A DNA stretch of 64,000 bases from Tricharina praecox. Its lineage: Eukaryota. Shown here one piece after another: positions 26,108 to 37,333 of the stretch. Location of the stretch: contig NW_026250405.1 in NCBI RefSeq assembly GCF_024521635.1, forward strand, positions 868,001 through 932,000. The letters are read 5' to 3'. Made by a program: the position numbers and the translations under genes. Positions within the stretch are counted from its first letter, which is position 1. Every line of letters starts with the position of its first letter. The notes under the pieces are model-generated. The model did not search any database. It was not told where the DNA came from and saw only the letters and a list, made by a program, of their open reading frames with translations.

Positions 26108-27140
26108 ATGGCACGCACCAAGCCCCCCTCGACCCCCAACACCGCCTCGGTGACATCGGGAATCTACACATGGACGCCGCAAAGCGGGCTGACGATCTCC
26201 ACGTTCTCGCGGGCGTCGATCCCTCGGCTGAAGAGCATACTGAACCCTTCGGAGAACCCGGCGTTCGAGTCAAAGACTGAGAACGCGAAGGCGCGCGCGC
26301 TGAAGGATACTGCAAAGTACTGCAGCAATGCGAAGTGGGTCGCGGCCCAGCTGCTGCATTATGGCATTCCTGCCGAGGAGGGGAAGGGTGTCATTGCGGA
26401 ACTCAGGGAGGGCGTCGAGAGCGGTGAGGTACGTACTACTTTCTACTGAGGGAGGGTGGGGGAGATGAGAAGGTTTTGGTGGTGGGGCTGATACGTGGGA
26501 TGGGATACAGATCGATGAGGTCCCAAAAGAGATCCTCACGCTCGAGGAGAAGCTCAAGCAGGAGTATTACATTCGCTATCCCAAGGATGAGGAGAAGGAG
26601 AAGGAGAAGCAGAAGAAGCGGAAACGGGAGGATGTGAAGGATGCGCCCGAGTCCGACGACGAAGAGGAGTCCGACGATGAGGAGTTCGCCGAGAGGGATC
26701 AGAAGCGCTCGCGTGGTGGAAGCGACTCGAGAGGTGGCAGGGGAAGGGGCAGCGATCGTGGCGGGTCGAGGGGAAGGGGCGGTGACAGAGGTGGCTTCCG
26801 TGGAAGGGATGGGGATTCGAGAGGTGGCTCGAGGGGACGGGGTGGGGATAGAGGTGGCTTCCGCGGTGGAAGGGATGGGGACTCGCGGGGTAGCTCGAGG
26901 GGAAGGAGTGGTGACAGGGGTGGCTTCCGCGGTCGGGACGGTGACTCCAGAGGCGGCCGTGGTGACTCTCGTGGTGGATTCCGTGGTGGGCGTGACGGCG
27001 ACTCTCGTGGTGGACGTGGCGGTAGCCGTGGTGGTTCCAGGGGTGGACGCGGCGGTCGTGGAGGCGACTCGAGAGGCGGACGTGGTGGGCGCGGTGGACG
27101 GGGTGGCAGAGGTGGTAGAGGTGGTCGCGGCCGGGATTGA
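26108..27140 (+). CDS. Hypothetical protein (~316 aa) with acidic/basic linker and long RGG/GAR tail (intron 26429-26510)
   Basis: Phase-0 intron GTACGT...GCTGAT...CAG joins ORF 26108 (WVAAQLLHYGIP) to the frame of ORF 26634-27140, which carries repeated RGGFRGRDGDSRGG units and a KKRKR NLS-like motif. Confidence 0.8.
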
Positions 27141-29056
27141 TCACGCCTTGAAAGTTGATACCCGGAGGTTCGGCATACTTGTTAGTGGTGTATAAAAAGC
27201 ATATGAGATTTCCAGACACCAGCGGCGCACTTCCGAGCTATGAGTGATATCCTGTGCCCCACTAACTACAAGTCTGCAAGTCCCATGTCCTCAACCGATC
27301 TGTCCAATATATTACAACGACATGGGTAGGCACCATTCGCGGGATATGACATCCGCACGCACTGCAGAGGCCCAGGGCATGCAACGGTACACAACGCCGG
27401 CCGAACGGGCGACGGGCAGATCCAGATTAAAGATCTCCGGAAACATCCCAATGCGAACTTGTAGAGTACTTTACACGACTGAGGACTTACAATTGCAATC
27501 GTGTGAGTACAGTATCACGTGCAGTCGGAGCCGGTCTGTTGGGTTGGGAAACAGAGTAGGTATTCGACACAGCATACGGCAGGTACATAGCATGTTTGTC
27601 GTTGATTTCAACTTGCAACTCGGAGGCTAGATGGCTAATAGTAGCAAGTCTCGCGATCGCCGTGGCCCGTGGGCAGAGGAAGGGAGGGAGGAAGCAACCA
27701 TACCGTATATAATGCGTGCATTCCAAAACGGACGGACCAGTACTTATGGTATGGCATGGTGGGTATGGTATATGGTAGGTATACCTACCTATGGTATATA
27801 TGGTATGAGGCGACGTGCGGATTCTTCCACCGGAGATGGTTAGATGGTCAGATGGAGGTGGCTTCATTCAGAACTCCTCACCCCCGAATCCCGATAGGTA
27901 ACTACAGCTCAATGCGGCAACCCCCGAGGGCCAGCCGTGTGTTTCGACCGAATCGATCCAGTTGGATCCAGTACCCACCTACGTTCGGTATACCTACCTA
28001 GGCAACAGCCTCTCATCCACCAACCGTTTTCCCGTTTCCACCGGACCGAATAGGAGGCAGATACTCTATGTAGGTGGCCTCCTACACAAATCGATTCTCT
28101 TTGGGCCTCTCGAGAGATCATCAAAAACCCAACGAAATGATCCGTTGCAGAGAGAAGGCCTATGGCTTTAGTCACTGGTGGATACCTACCCAGCCCCAGC
28201 CTTATTCGCCAGTTCTCTTCAAAACACTTCCCCGCCTGGCCACTGGTCACTGATCACGGTCACGGACACTGGCCATTTGGGGGGGGGGGGGGGGGGGGGT
28301 GAGACTGCGAAACGCCAGGCTGATCTGCCAGCCTTTCTCTTTGCCGCGCTGATCTGATAGTTATGCGGAGCTGGAATGGGCTAGGATGGGATGGGATTGG
28401 ATGAAATGGGATGTGATTCGAAACCTGCCGACGACGAGAGAGAGAGGATGAAGAGGATGAACTGTGCGCACGCGGCGGTGGTCTGCGCAGTGTATCACTA
28501 GGCATCACCATATTTTTGGGGTTTTGGGGGTTCTGAGGGGGGCAGATGATGAGAAACTGGCGGCTAACTGGAGTTTGAGCCTGCCTGCCTGCCTGGAGAG
28601 CCACTCCGTTTCGGCGGCTGGAATGTATCTACTGCCAGTAAAGGTAGTACATAGTAAAGATGCCATGAATCGTTCCCGTGGGTAAACCTTACAGGCCAGG
28701 CCCCCAGCTGATGGCGGGGAATCATGGGGACACGGTCCCGAGAGATTCCCGGTCACGATGGGTAGGTAGGTAGTAGGTATAAGCTCCACGAGCCCCCGAA
28801 AATTCTCGACGAACGCGTGACTTGGAAGTTTGCCAAGTTTGGCAGTTACCCAGGCTTTGCAAGTGACCACCGACCACTGACCACTGACTACAAACTGCTG
28901 ACGGTTCGATGTGGATGTGGATGTGGATGTGGATTCTCGCAGTCGGTTTTATATGGCTACAACTTACTCTCGTACGCCGTACGAGCGTAAGCGGGGAATT
29001 TCACTTGGCCATAGCACCAATGAGCATGCATGCTTATTTCTGGGATCCACCCCACT

Positions 29057-29207
29057 TGCCCAGTGCCCACTGCCCAGTGCCCACTGCCCAGTGCCCACTG
29101 CCCAGTGCCCACTGCAGGCTTACAAAGCCCCACTCACTGCTCACTGCTCACTGCTCACTGCTCACTGCTCACTGCTCACTGCTCACTGCTCACTGCTCAC
29201 TGCTCAC
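29057..29207. repeat. Adjacent (TGCCCAG/TGCCCAC)n and (CTCACTG)n heptamer arrays
   Basis: Directly visible 7-bp period repeats at ~29057-29115 and ~29133-29207. Confidence 0.95.
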
Positions 29208-29987
29208 CGCTCAGTTCCGAGCTTCGTTCTGCCTATCAAACGTGCAGAATCGCAAGTTGCAAGTTGCAAGTGATGGCTTGCGTTTTTTCTCTCCTCTTCC
29301 GGGGCAGCGCCAACTGCTAGTTACCTAAACACAGGCAAGCTGAGAGTCGACTGAGACACATCATCGCGGGACCAAGATACTCTACCTGTGTATCCACCGA
29401 TGCGGGGTGTACGTACATCTACTCTGCCCAGCTGTCTGCACTGTCCAGATCAGTTCTCCGGAGGTGATCACTGGCGATGGATTGCTGGGTGGGGCAAGCA
29501 CGTATGGCATGTACCAACGTACGATTGTCGAGACTCGACACCGATAGGTACCTGTCCATATGGGGTGTCTGCCTCAGGTACCGGTACATACGCCCGGTAC
29601 CTATTACACATCACATCAGTGTTCCGCACCGCACACATTCCGCACAGTGTTCCGCTCCACATACATGCGTCTGCGCACTGCGGTGCGGAGCGGTGGTCGT
29701 TGGCGGGATGAACAGCCCCACACACACGCACACACGGAGAGTCTGGGGTTGTTGGGAACTCGGAGGGAAGGACGCAGCGAAACATCACACGCAGCAAGCA
29801 AGCAAGCTGGGCTGGCGTTTGCCGTAAGTAGATTGTGCGTCTCGTCACCACCCTTGCTTGTGCGACCGATTGGCCTGCAGCCCAATGGTCAACTAACTGG
29901 GTAGGGCGGGTTGCATCTGGAGTCACACAGAGGTATGTTCCAGTCCGAGATGTTGTTGTTGATGATGATGATCCACAGCAGGCAAGT

Positions 29988-30078
29988 CAGCCCAGAGAGA
30001 CAGCCAGCCCAGAGAGACAGCCAGCCCAGAGAGACAGCCAGCCCAGAGAGACAGCCAGCCCAGAGAGACAGCCAGCCA
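29988..30078. repeat. 17-bp minisatellite (CAGCCAGCCCAGAGAGA), ~5 copies
   Basis: Directly visible perfect tandem units. Confidence 0.95.
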
Positions 30079-31011
30079 GACAGGTCTCGCTGTTCCAGAA
30101 CGGGCGGATCGCGGCCAAGCCAACTCGACTCGACTCGGTTCGGCCGCCAATCGTCCGCTCTGGGACGGGGACTTGGGGAGTGGGCCTGGGGCTGAACGAG
30201 AAGCAACCGCCGACTGTATGATAGGTATGATACTGCGCGAAAAAAAGTGACAACGGGGCTGAATGGTTTCCCTTCTGCGCATGCAGACTGTCTGAATTCG
30301 ACGGCGGTTTCTTCCCTCGCTCCCTTCTTCAACGAACCCACACCCATTGATCCCCCACTGTCATCCTGCTACCTACTCTATACCGTTCCCTCGTCCTCGG
30401 TTTCTGTCTGCACCGCGCCATCCGCCTCCCCACCGCTCTGTATCTCGAATAAGCCTTCCCCCACACCATCACCACCACCACCACCACAACTACCGCGCCC
30501 CTCCCAAAGCTCGCACGAGCTGGGCTCGCTGCTTCTTGGTCCCACCACCGCCACCTCGTGTGCCTGTGGGATGTGAGTCGAGATTGCCCCCCGCCCGGCA
30601 ACTCCACACCCTCTGGTCCATATAGCCAAAGTCCTACAGTCCCCGTCCGCAAGTAGCTAGACATACGGTACGTAGGTAAACTTGACATCGTTTGACGTGT
30701 CCGACTACCAGCAGGCCGAGATCGAGCTAGAGCACCCAGTTCCCTGGCTAACGAGATTCTACGAAAGATCAGCAGCGCCAGAACCCCGTCGCCTGCGGGC
30801 TGGAACGTCTAGTGTTGGCGTAGCACGCCAAAAACCCAGCCACTGTGGTACTTCCACGAGCGAGACAGCTTCTCTCCCGCCTGTGCTTGCCTGTGCTTGT
30901 GCCTGTGCTTGTGCTTGTGCTTGCCATTGCCAGCCAGGCTTGGAGACGGCTGACGAACATCATTATCTTTCCGCCTTTCTTGACCTGACTGAGGCGAGCC
31001 CTCTGTCAGAT

Positions 31012-31047
<36 letters not shown>

Positions 31048-31304
31048 AACAACAACACCTCCTCCTCCACCACCAACACTAACACAACACCAAAACCAGC
31101 CCGTCTCTTTCCGTCCGGGTATCCGCCAGCCAGCCAGCCTTCACACCGATACTCCCGCCCCTCCGCTCGCACGAAACCTCAGAACTTTAATTCGGCCTTC
31201 CGTCAATCGTCGTTTCGGTCGTCGGCACATCGGGGCCCCCATCTCAGTTATATCCTGAATCGCACAACACAGCCAGAAACGGAAGGAACGCTGAGCCCCC
31301 AGTC

Positions 31305-33007
31305 ATGAGGTTCCGAGCTAGTACCTTCTTGGCGTTGCTCACATTTACATTCCACGAGCTGCCCTTCGCCCTGTGTTCGGGTTCACCGGGCGACGCAACA
31401 CCACAGCAAGTTGATGGAGCGCATCGTCCCCGCGGGCTGGTAGTGGAACGTCAGGATGTTACCGTGACGGAGATCGGTACCACCAACGTGGTTACCGCGA
31501 CCACTCAGGTGGAGGCTACCGTGACAGAGTCTGCGAATCCCATCCTCGAGACCAGGACGAGCACGTTAACCGCGGCGCCTACCACGCCGACGCAAGTAGG
31601 TTACATGCGCTGCCGCCTTGTTGAGGAAATGGACTGATGTTTGGCCATTTTTGGTTCGTTGTGAATAGACCACTACGCCGGTAGGTTCCCATCACTCCGA
31701 TAGTTTCACATTGAATACGTACCTAACTTGATATCGTAGACTGTCGCTGCTCCCGAAACGACCATTACTGTGAGTAGTAGTTTATTCAATTCGACTTGGA
31801 CAGTTTCCTGGTCGTTGTCTCCTTCTCCATCTCCGTCTCCTTCCATTAGGCCAGAAGTTCCCCAGGGGAGTTCGTCAACTGACAAACAAAAGTCGAGCAC
31901 ATTGGGAGGCCCAATACCGACATGCCCCGTAGGACACTACCAATGCCCAGCCCAATACTCAGGTAAGCGCCCCCTTCATGTTGGCGGAGATCTCGCGCTC
32001 ACTCGGAAAAACTCGTAGGAGGGTGCTGTCCTAGCGGATTCGGCTGTGCCGTGAGCGAGTGTATCCCGCCGGCAACAGTGACATCGACACGAACCTGTAT
32101 GCCCAGTTCATCCTCATGCCCCGACTCCGTCGGCGGCGGCTGCTGTCCGGATAACTACAGCTGCGGCGTCACCATATGTTCCCCGCTAGCCACCGCAACG
32201 GCTATTGTGATCACGGAAGCCACTCTGACCTTCACGAGAGCGCCGTTCGCAATGACCGCAACGCAGATAGTAATGAAAGCCACCGATATCCCCATCAATG
32301 CCAAGATCCCCGCCAGCACCGCGACCTCCCCCCACCCGTCGCAAAGCAGCGACCCTTCCAAAGGCACTACCCTCCCGAAGATAACCCTCGTCGGCATCGT
32401 CGTCGGCTCGGTGATCGGCACCCTCCTCCTCGTAGGCGTAGCCTGGTTCACGCGGTACCGTCTCAGGCGGCGTGGGAACACGGATGCCTTCCATGCCGCG
32501 CACAGCCGCGACGGGTTCATGCCCGCTCCCACAGGTCGCACGTACGACCCGAATCAGCCTGTGCCCAGAATGCAGCGTACCGTCCCGCACCGTGCACTCC
32601 CGGGCTTTCTCGCCACGCAACAGCAGCAACAGCAACAACTACAGCGACAACTACAGCAGCAACAGCAGGCAGGCAATATGTACGCCGACCCCGCGAGCGC
32701 CACGCACCAGCCGGGCGCCGCCGAAATGGAGGTGAAATACTACCAGCACAACCAGGAGGGGGGGATCAACTACGCGCCGGTACCGCTGGACTCCCCGCCG
32801 CTGATGGACTACAAAGAGAACCAGGAGCGCGCCGAGCTGGGGGATACGTCCTTGCAACCGCAACAGCAGCAGCAGTCAGTGCTCCATGAGGTTGAGGGGG
32901 ACCTGCCTGCTAGCCCGAGACAGACGAGAAGGTGGAGCAATGGGCTGGAGCGACTCGGGATCAGACGCGGGAATAGTACGAGTGGTGGCGGGGGGACACA
33001 TTTCTAA
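31305..33007 (+). CDS. Type-I membrane/cell-surface protein with Ser/Thr-rich and Cys-rich repeats (introns 31596-31668, 31681-31739, 31963-32018)
   Basis: Signal peptide, two C-x6-C-x6-CC-x5-C repeats (CPVGHYQCPAQYSGGCCPSGFGC; CMPSSSSCPDSVGGGCCPDNYSC), a TM helix LVGIVVGSVIGTLLLVGVAWF followed by RYRLRRR, and a poly-Q cytoplasmic tail. All junctions splice in frame. Confidence 0.82.
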
Positions 33008-33344
33008 CCTTCTAGCCACATGTTGATCCTGCCTGTATAAGGTCCCCGAGTGTGAGGCGAGGGGGGGTTGCCTCTCCACCTCCATCTCCATCTCCATCTC
33101 CATCTCCATCTCTCTTTTGTCATCCATCTTCCATCTTCCATCTTCCATCTTCCATCTTCCCTTGATGTACTACTAACGGTCGCTTCTCTCTATCTATCTA
33201 CCTATCTATCCACCTATCTATGTTTACGGTACGGTACGGGGATGGACATGCGCATTTCTGGTTTCTGGTGTTTCGTTTCGTTTCGTGCATTCGCTTGGTC
33301 TCGTTTCGTTCGTTTGTTTCGTTGCTCGGTGTTTTTTTTTTTTT

Positions 33345-33375
<31 letters not shown>

Positions 33376-34751
33376 GGCGGGCGCAGGAAAAGTACTGCAT
33401 TTACATTCGCTATTTTTTTTCTTTGTTTTGGGCGTGCGTGGTGGCGAGGTGGTGAGGTGTTGCTTCTTGTTTATACTTGCTTTCTTTTTCTTTCTCTTTT
33501 CTTCCTTTTCCTTTTCCTTTTCTTCTTTGCTTTGTCTGATACCGGTATCTGGAGGGAGGGTATTGGAATATGGAGGTTGTGCAATAGGTGGATCGGGGGA
33601 TCGGGGGTTGTGCAATAGGGGGATCGGGGGTTTGTGGATACCCACCGAGTGATTATTCTCACTTTCGAGGGGAGTGGATGGTGGAGTGGAGGGTGTGGTT
33701 AGGGGAGGAGGGGGGGCAAGTTGATTGTTGGGGGGATGTATACGAGTGGTCTACATGAGGAGGCGAGGGTGTTGGTGGGGGCGGGTGGTGGTGATGGGGT
33801 GGTGGTGACGGGATGGCGGACACTGGGGAATGACATACACGATGCAAAGTGCCATTGAGTTGCCGAAATGATGGTGCTGCGAGAGCTACAAATCATCCCG
33901 AATGGCGAGGCGAGGGTGGGGGAGTGGATAGGTTCTGCGAAGAAGCTGTACGAGACACACCACCGAGGAGTGAATGAGTCTAGTGAGTGAGTGACTTCCA
34001 GAAACAACCAGACGGATTCACGATGGCGATGGCGGAGTGCGAGTCATGAGTCATGAGTGAGTAGCCCAGCGCCGGCAGGAGAAACGTTACATACGTAGCA
34101 TGGCAGGTATGAAGTAGGAAGTACACAGATGGCATGGGTATCGAAGCCTGGGCATTGTAGCTTAGCCATAGCTGTCAAGTCGTAGCGGGTATACCATACA
34201 CCTCGACCTCGACCGTGCAGTCGCCAGCGGGCTCATCCCCCTGTCACTCGACAGCATTCACGGTCCACCCGTCTCCAGTCTCTAAAAGTCCAATCCAGTC
34301 GAGCGATGAGATGGATGAGCCAACCCGAGCACGTTCATCGCTATCACTCGCCTCTCGAGTCTCGTCGACACATCTCTAGCTATTGCCCAGCTATTGTCCA
34401 GCTATTGTCCAGCCATTATCTACTACTGACTAGTAGTACCAGGGTGAATTTGCTATGTACGGTGATTGAACGACAGTAGGAAGCTACTCGTCAGTCCAGG
34501 AACCGGGAAGAGTCCTCACACCGTACCGTCATGGTTCATCCACACAGGCCGCATGGTCCAAACGCCTGCCAGCGGTGAAGAAAACAAAACCAAAACCAAA
34601 ACCAAAACCAAAAAGCTGGGTACTCGTCCGTCTTACTATACCTACCTACAGCGCCCACCCAGCATCCAGTATGTACCATGTTCAACCACAGATCCCCCAC
34701 CACCGGCCGGACATCATCGTACGTAAGGGTAGTAATGGTTCGGCGTGCATG

Positions 34752-34841
34752 CACTTCCTTCCCGTCCTCGCACTTCCTTCCCGTCCTCGCACTTCCTTCC
34801 CGTCCTCGCACTTCCCTCCCGTCCTCGCACTTCCTTCCCGT
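34752..34841. repeat. 19-bp minisatellite (CACTTCCTTCCCGTCCTCG), ~4.5 copies
   Basis: Directly visible tandem units. Confidence 0.92.
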
Positions 34842-36773
34842 CTCCGCTCCTTCTGTCCCTGCCCCATCTCTCGTTGACAGTCCCGTCCCGTCCTACCGCG
34901 TCCGGAGTCCGGACGGACCGGGCCCTCGCTACAGTCAGTCAGTCAGTCAGTCAGTCAGACGCATTGCATTGCAATGCAATATACACCTGCTCGTCCTGCT
35001 CCCCCAAGTGCACCCCGAACCCCCAGAATCACGGGCTGGAGCCTGGATGTGGATGTGGTCCTCCAGCCTTCTCGCGGGAGGGGCGTTTGCTGATCCTCTG
35101 GGCTGTCCATCCGCGGCTGTCTGAGGTCTCTAGTGGTTGCGTGAACTCCACTTTGAGCTTGACGGTTTTCGCCCCTCTCATCGTTGTGGCCGTGGTCTAG
35201 ATCCCGCATTGTAGGCTGCTTCATGAGTCTCACCCCCACCCTACACCCCTCCATCTCCATCTCCATGGAGCACCAGCGTTCCTCCCTATTGGCTTGTCGA
35301 CATTCACCACGATCATTTCCCATCACATCACCACGATCACTTCACCCCACACCACCCATTTCACACCAAGCTCACGATCTCGTATGCATACCGGAAAATC
35401 CACTCAGATTCAGATTCAAGAAAGCGCCTCCACCCTACCTCCACCCTACCCACTACCCACTACCCACTGCCCTACCCACTACCCACCCATCTTTCATCAT
35501 CTTTTCCGCATCCACCCATCCATCCACCCGACCACCCACGACCACCGACCACCAACCACCGACCATCCCCATCCAAAACTCAGATTTCGATAGCCAACAG
35601 CCAACAGTCCACACGATTCCCAACTCACAAGACAAGACAAGACAAGACAAGACAAGAACACCGAATATTCAGAGTACCGTACCTAGCTAACCTGCAACAA
35701 CCAACAACCAACAACCTGCAACAACCAACAAGCATCCAACAAGCAGCCAACAAACGACAAATCAAGCAAAGACAACCAAGCAACGACAACCAAACCAAAT
35801 CAAGCAGCAGGACCAGACAGCCAGACAGCCAGACAGCCAGACAGCAGACAGCACAGACAGATTCGCAAAAACAGACGACTCGCAAGAAAAAGTGAGAAGA
35901 AAAAAAAGTAATATTTGATTCCCTATCCCCCCCCCCCCCTCCCCCCCCGCTACCCCGTCCGTCCCGTTCCCGTTCGCGTATCCAGTATCCGATATACAGT
36001 CCATCGTGAATCCCCCGCCTCCCCTCCCCTCCCCTCCCTCCGTCTATGTATCCCAATCCCATCCCTTCCCTTCCCGTCCGTCCCGATTACCGAAATTCCA
36101 GTTTGCGTGGTCGTTGAAAGCGTTGCTGTAGTGGTGGGGTGGTTTTGTATGGTATTGTGATTTGTTTGATTGTTGGGCTTGTCCGAAAAAAAAACACAAG
36201 ACTCTCGGCCACCGAGGTTTCGAGGTTTCGTATTGGATGGCAAAGAGAGAAAAAGGAAGGAAAAAGGAAAACAAATTATCGACGACGTACAAGGAAAGAA
36301 AGAGAAAGAAAGAGAAAGAAAGAAGAAAGAAAAAAGACAGGAACAAAACGAAAGCCCACACCACTCCTTCGATTTCGATTTCGAGCAAGGATTAATACTG
36401 CGAGTAAAAGGGAAAGACACAAACACAAACACAAAGTAGAGGTAGCGTCCCGGGTCCGCCCCCGCTGCGTTGGGCGGCGTCCGGTAGAATTAAGCCGGTC
36501 GGGAAAGGAAAATGGCGAGAAAAAATGGGGACCCCATCGTGCACACTATTCCTGTGGTCTTCCGCACCGTAACAGGGAAAACCGACCCGGTAGTGTTTGG
36601 GGTATCTAACACGAGAAAGAAGAAGAGTAGGAACGAAAAGAGAAATGGAAGAAGTGGAATTTTGAGGAAAAGCAACCAGATGACGAAAGTAGCGTGGAAG
36701 AAATGGGCGTCGTTACATTCGTAGGGAAAAAGCGAATGTCAATGTAGTCGGTCGAGCCAGCTCCGTTCGTAGG

Positions 36774-37333
36774 TTAACAGATCACACAGCATCCGGCACT
36801 CTGCTGCGGGGCGTAAGGGTCCTCCCGCTTGTCGACCTGATGATTCCGAGTCAGCCACGATGTTACATGTGTAGAAGAAGGAGCGCTAAATGCAGATGTG
36901 GATGGATGCGCATTATGCGCTCTCCATCACACCAATGGCTGCAGACTGCAAAACGCATGGATGGGGCAAGGCTTACAGTTCCCCAGGTGGATGGTACCAT
37001 GAAGTCCTTCGTTGTACGCGTGTAGTTGATCAGACTAGACGTTGCCTTTGTCAGCAATAGCTTTCGGGGTATCCATCGCACTCTCCATCGACCCGTGCGA
37101 TAGAGAGACGCGTCGCTTGTAAAGCGGACCGATATCGCACGAAGCGATAAAGGCGACAGGCGGACAGATGGGGGAGGGGGAAACACTTACGACTGACAAG
37201 CGTCCGAGACCTTGATCCTCGGTCTGTCCAAGTCCTCGCGTAGCCGGGCGTTCAACTCTGTTAACCGCCTCAACTTCAACTCCGCCATAGATTGTTTCTT
37301 CTCCCTAACAGCGCCTGCCGAGTGGAGTGCCAT
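36774..37333 (-). CDS. STE18: Heterotrimeric G-protein gamma subunit (Ste18/GNG-1/GpgA type), 87 aa (exons 37333-37191, 37034-36977, 36836-36774)
   Basis: Spliced product [87 protein letters not shown] matches fungal G-gamma and ends in a CCAAX box; canonical GTAAGT/GTAAGC donors. Confidence 0.95.

Noticed and set aside
29988..30078. Short repeat arrays considered as CRISPR-like or telomeric
   Set aside because: No unique spacers, no cas genes and no TTAGGG units; ordinary eukaryotic minisatellites.
30682..31308. 208-aa ORF whose stop overlaps the ATG of the membrane-protein gene
   Set aside because: Its content derives from microsatellites (ACACAC, poly-N) and has no domain; more likely 5' non-coding sequence, though a uORF cannot be excluded.
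33331..33377. Poly-T/poly-G junction (also poly-G at ~28278-28299)
   Set aside because: Simple homopolymers in UTR or intergenic DNA; lengths are unreliable and there is no evidence of function or retroposition.
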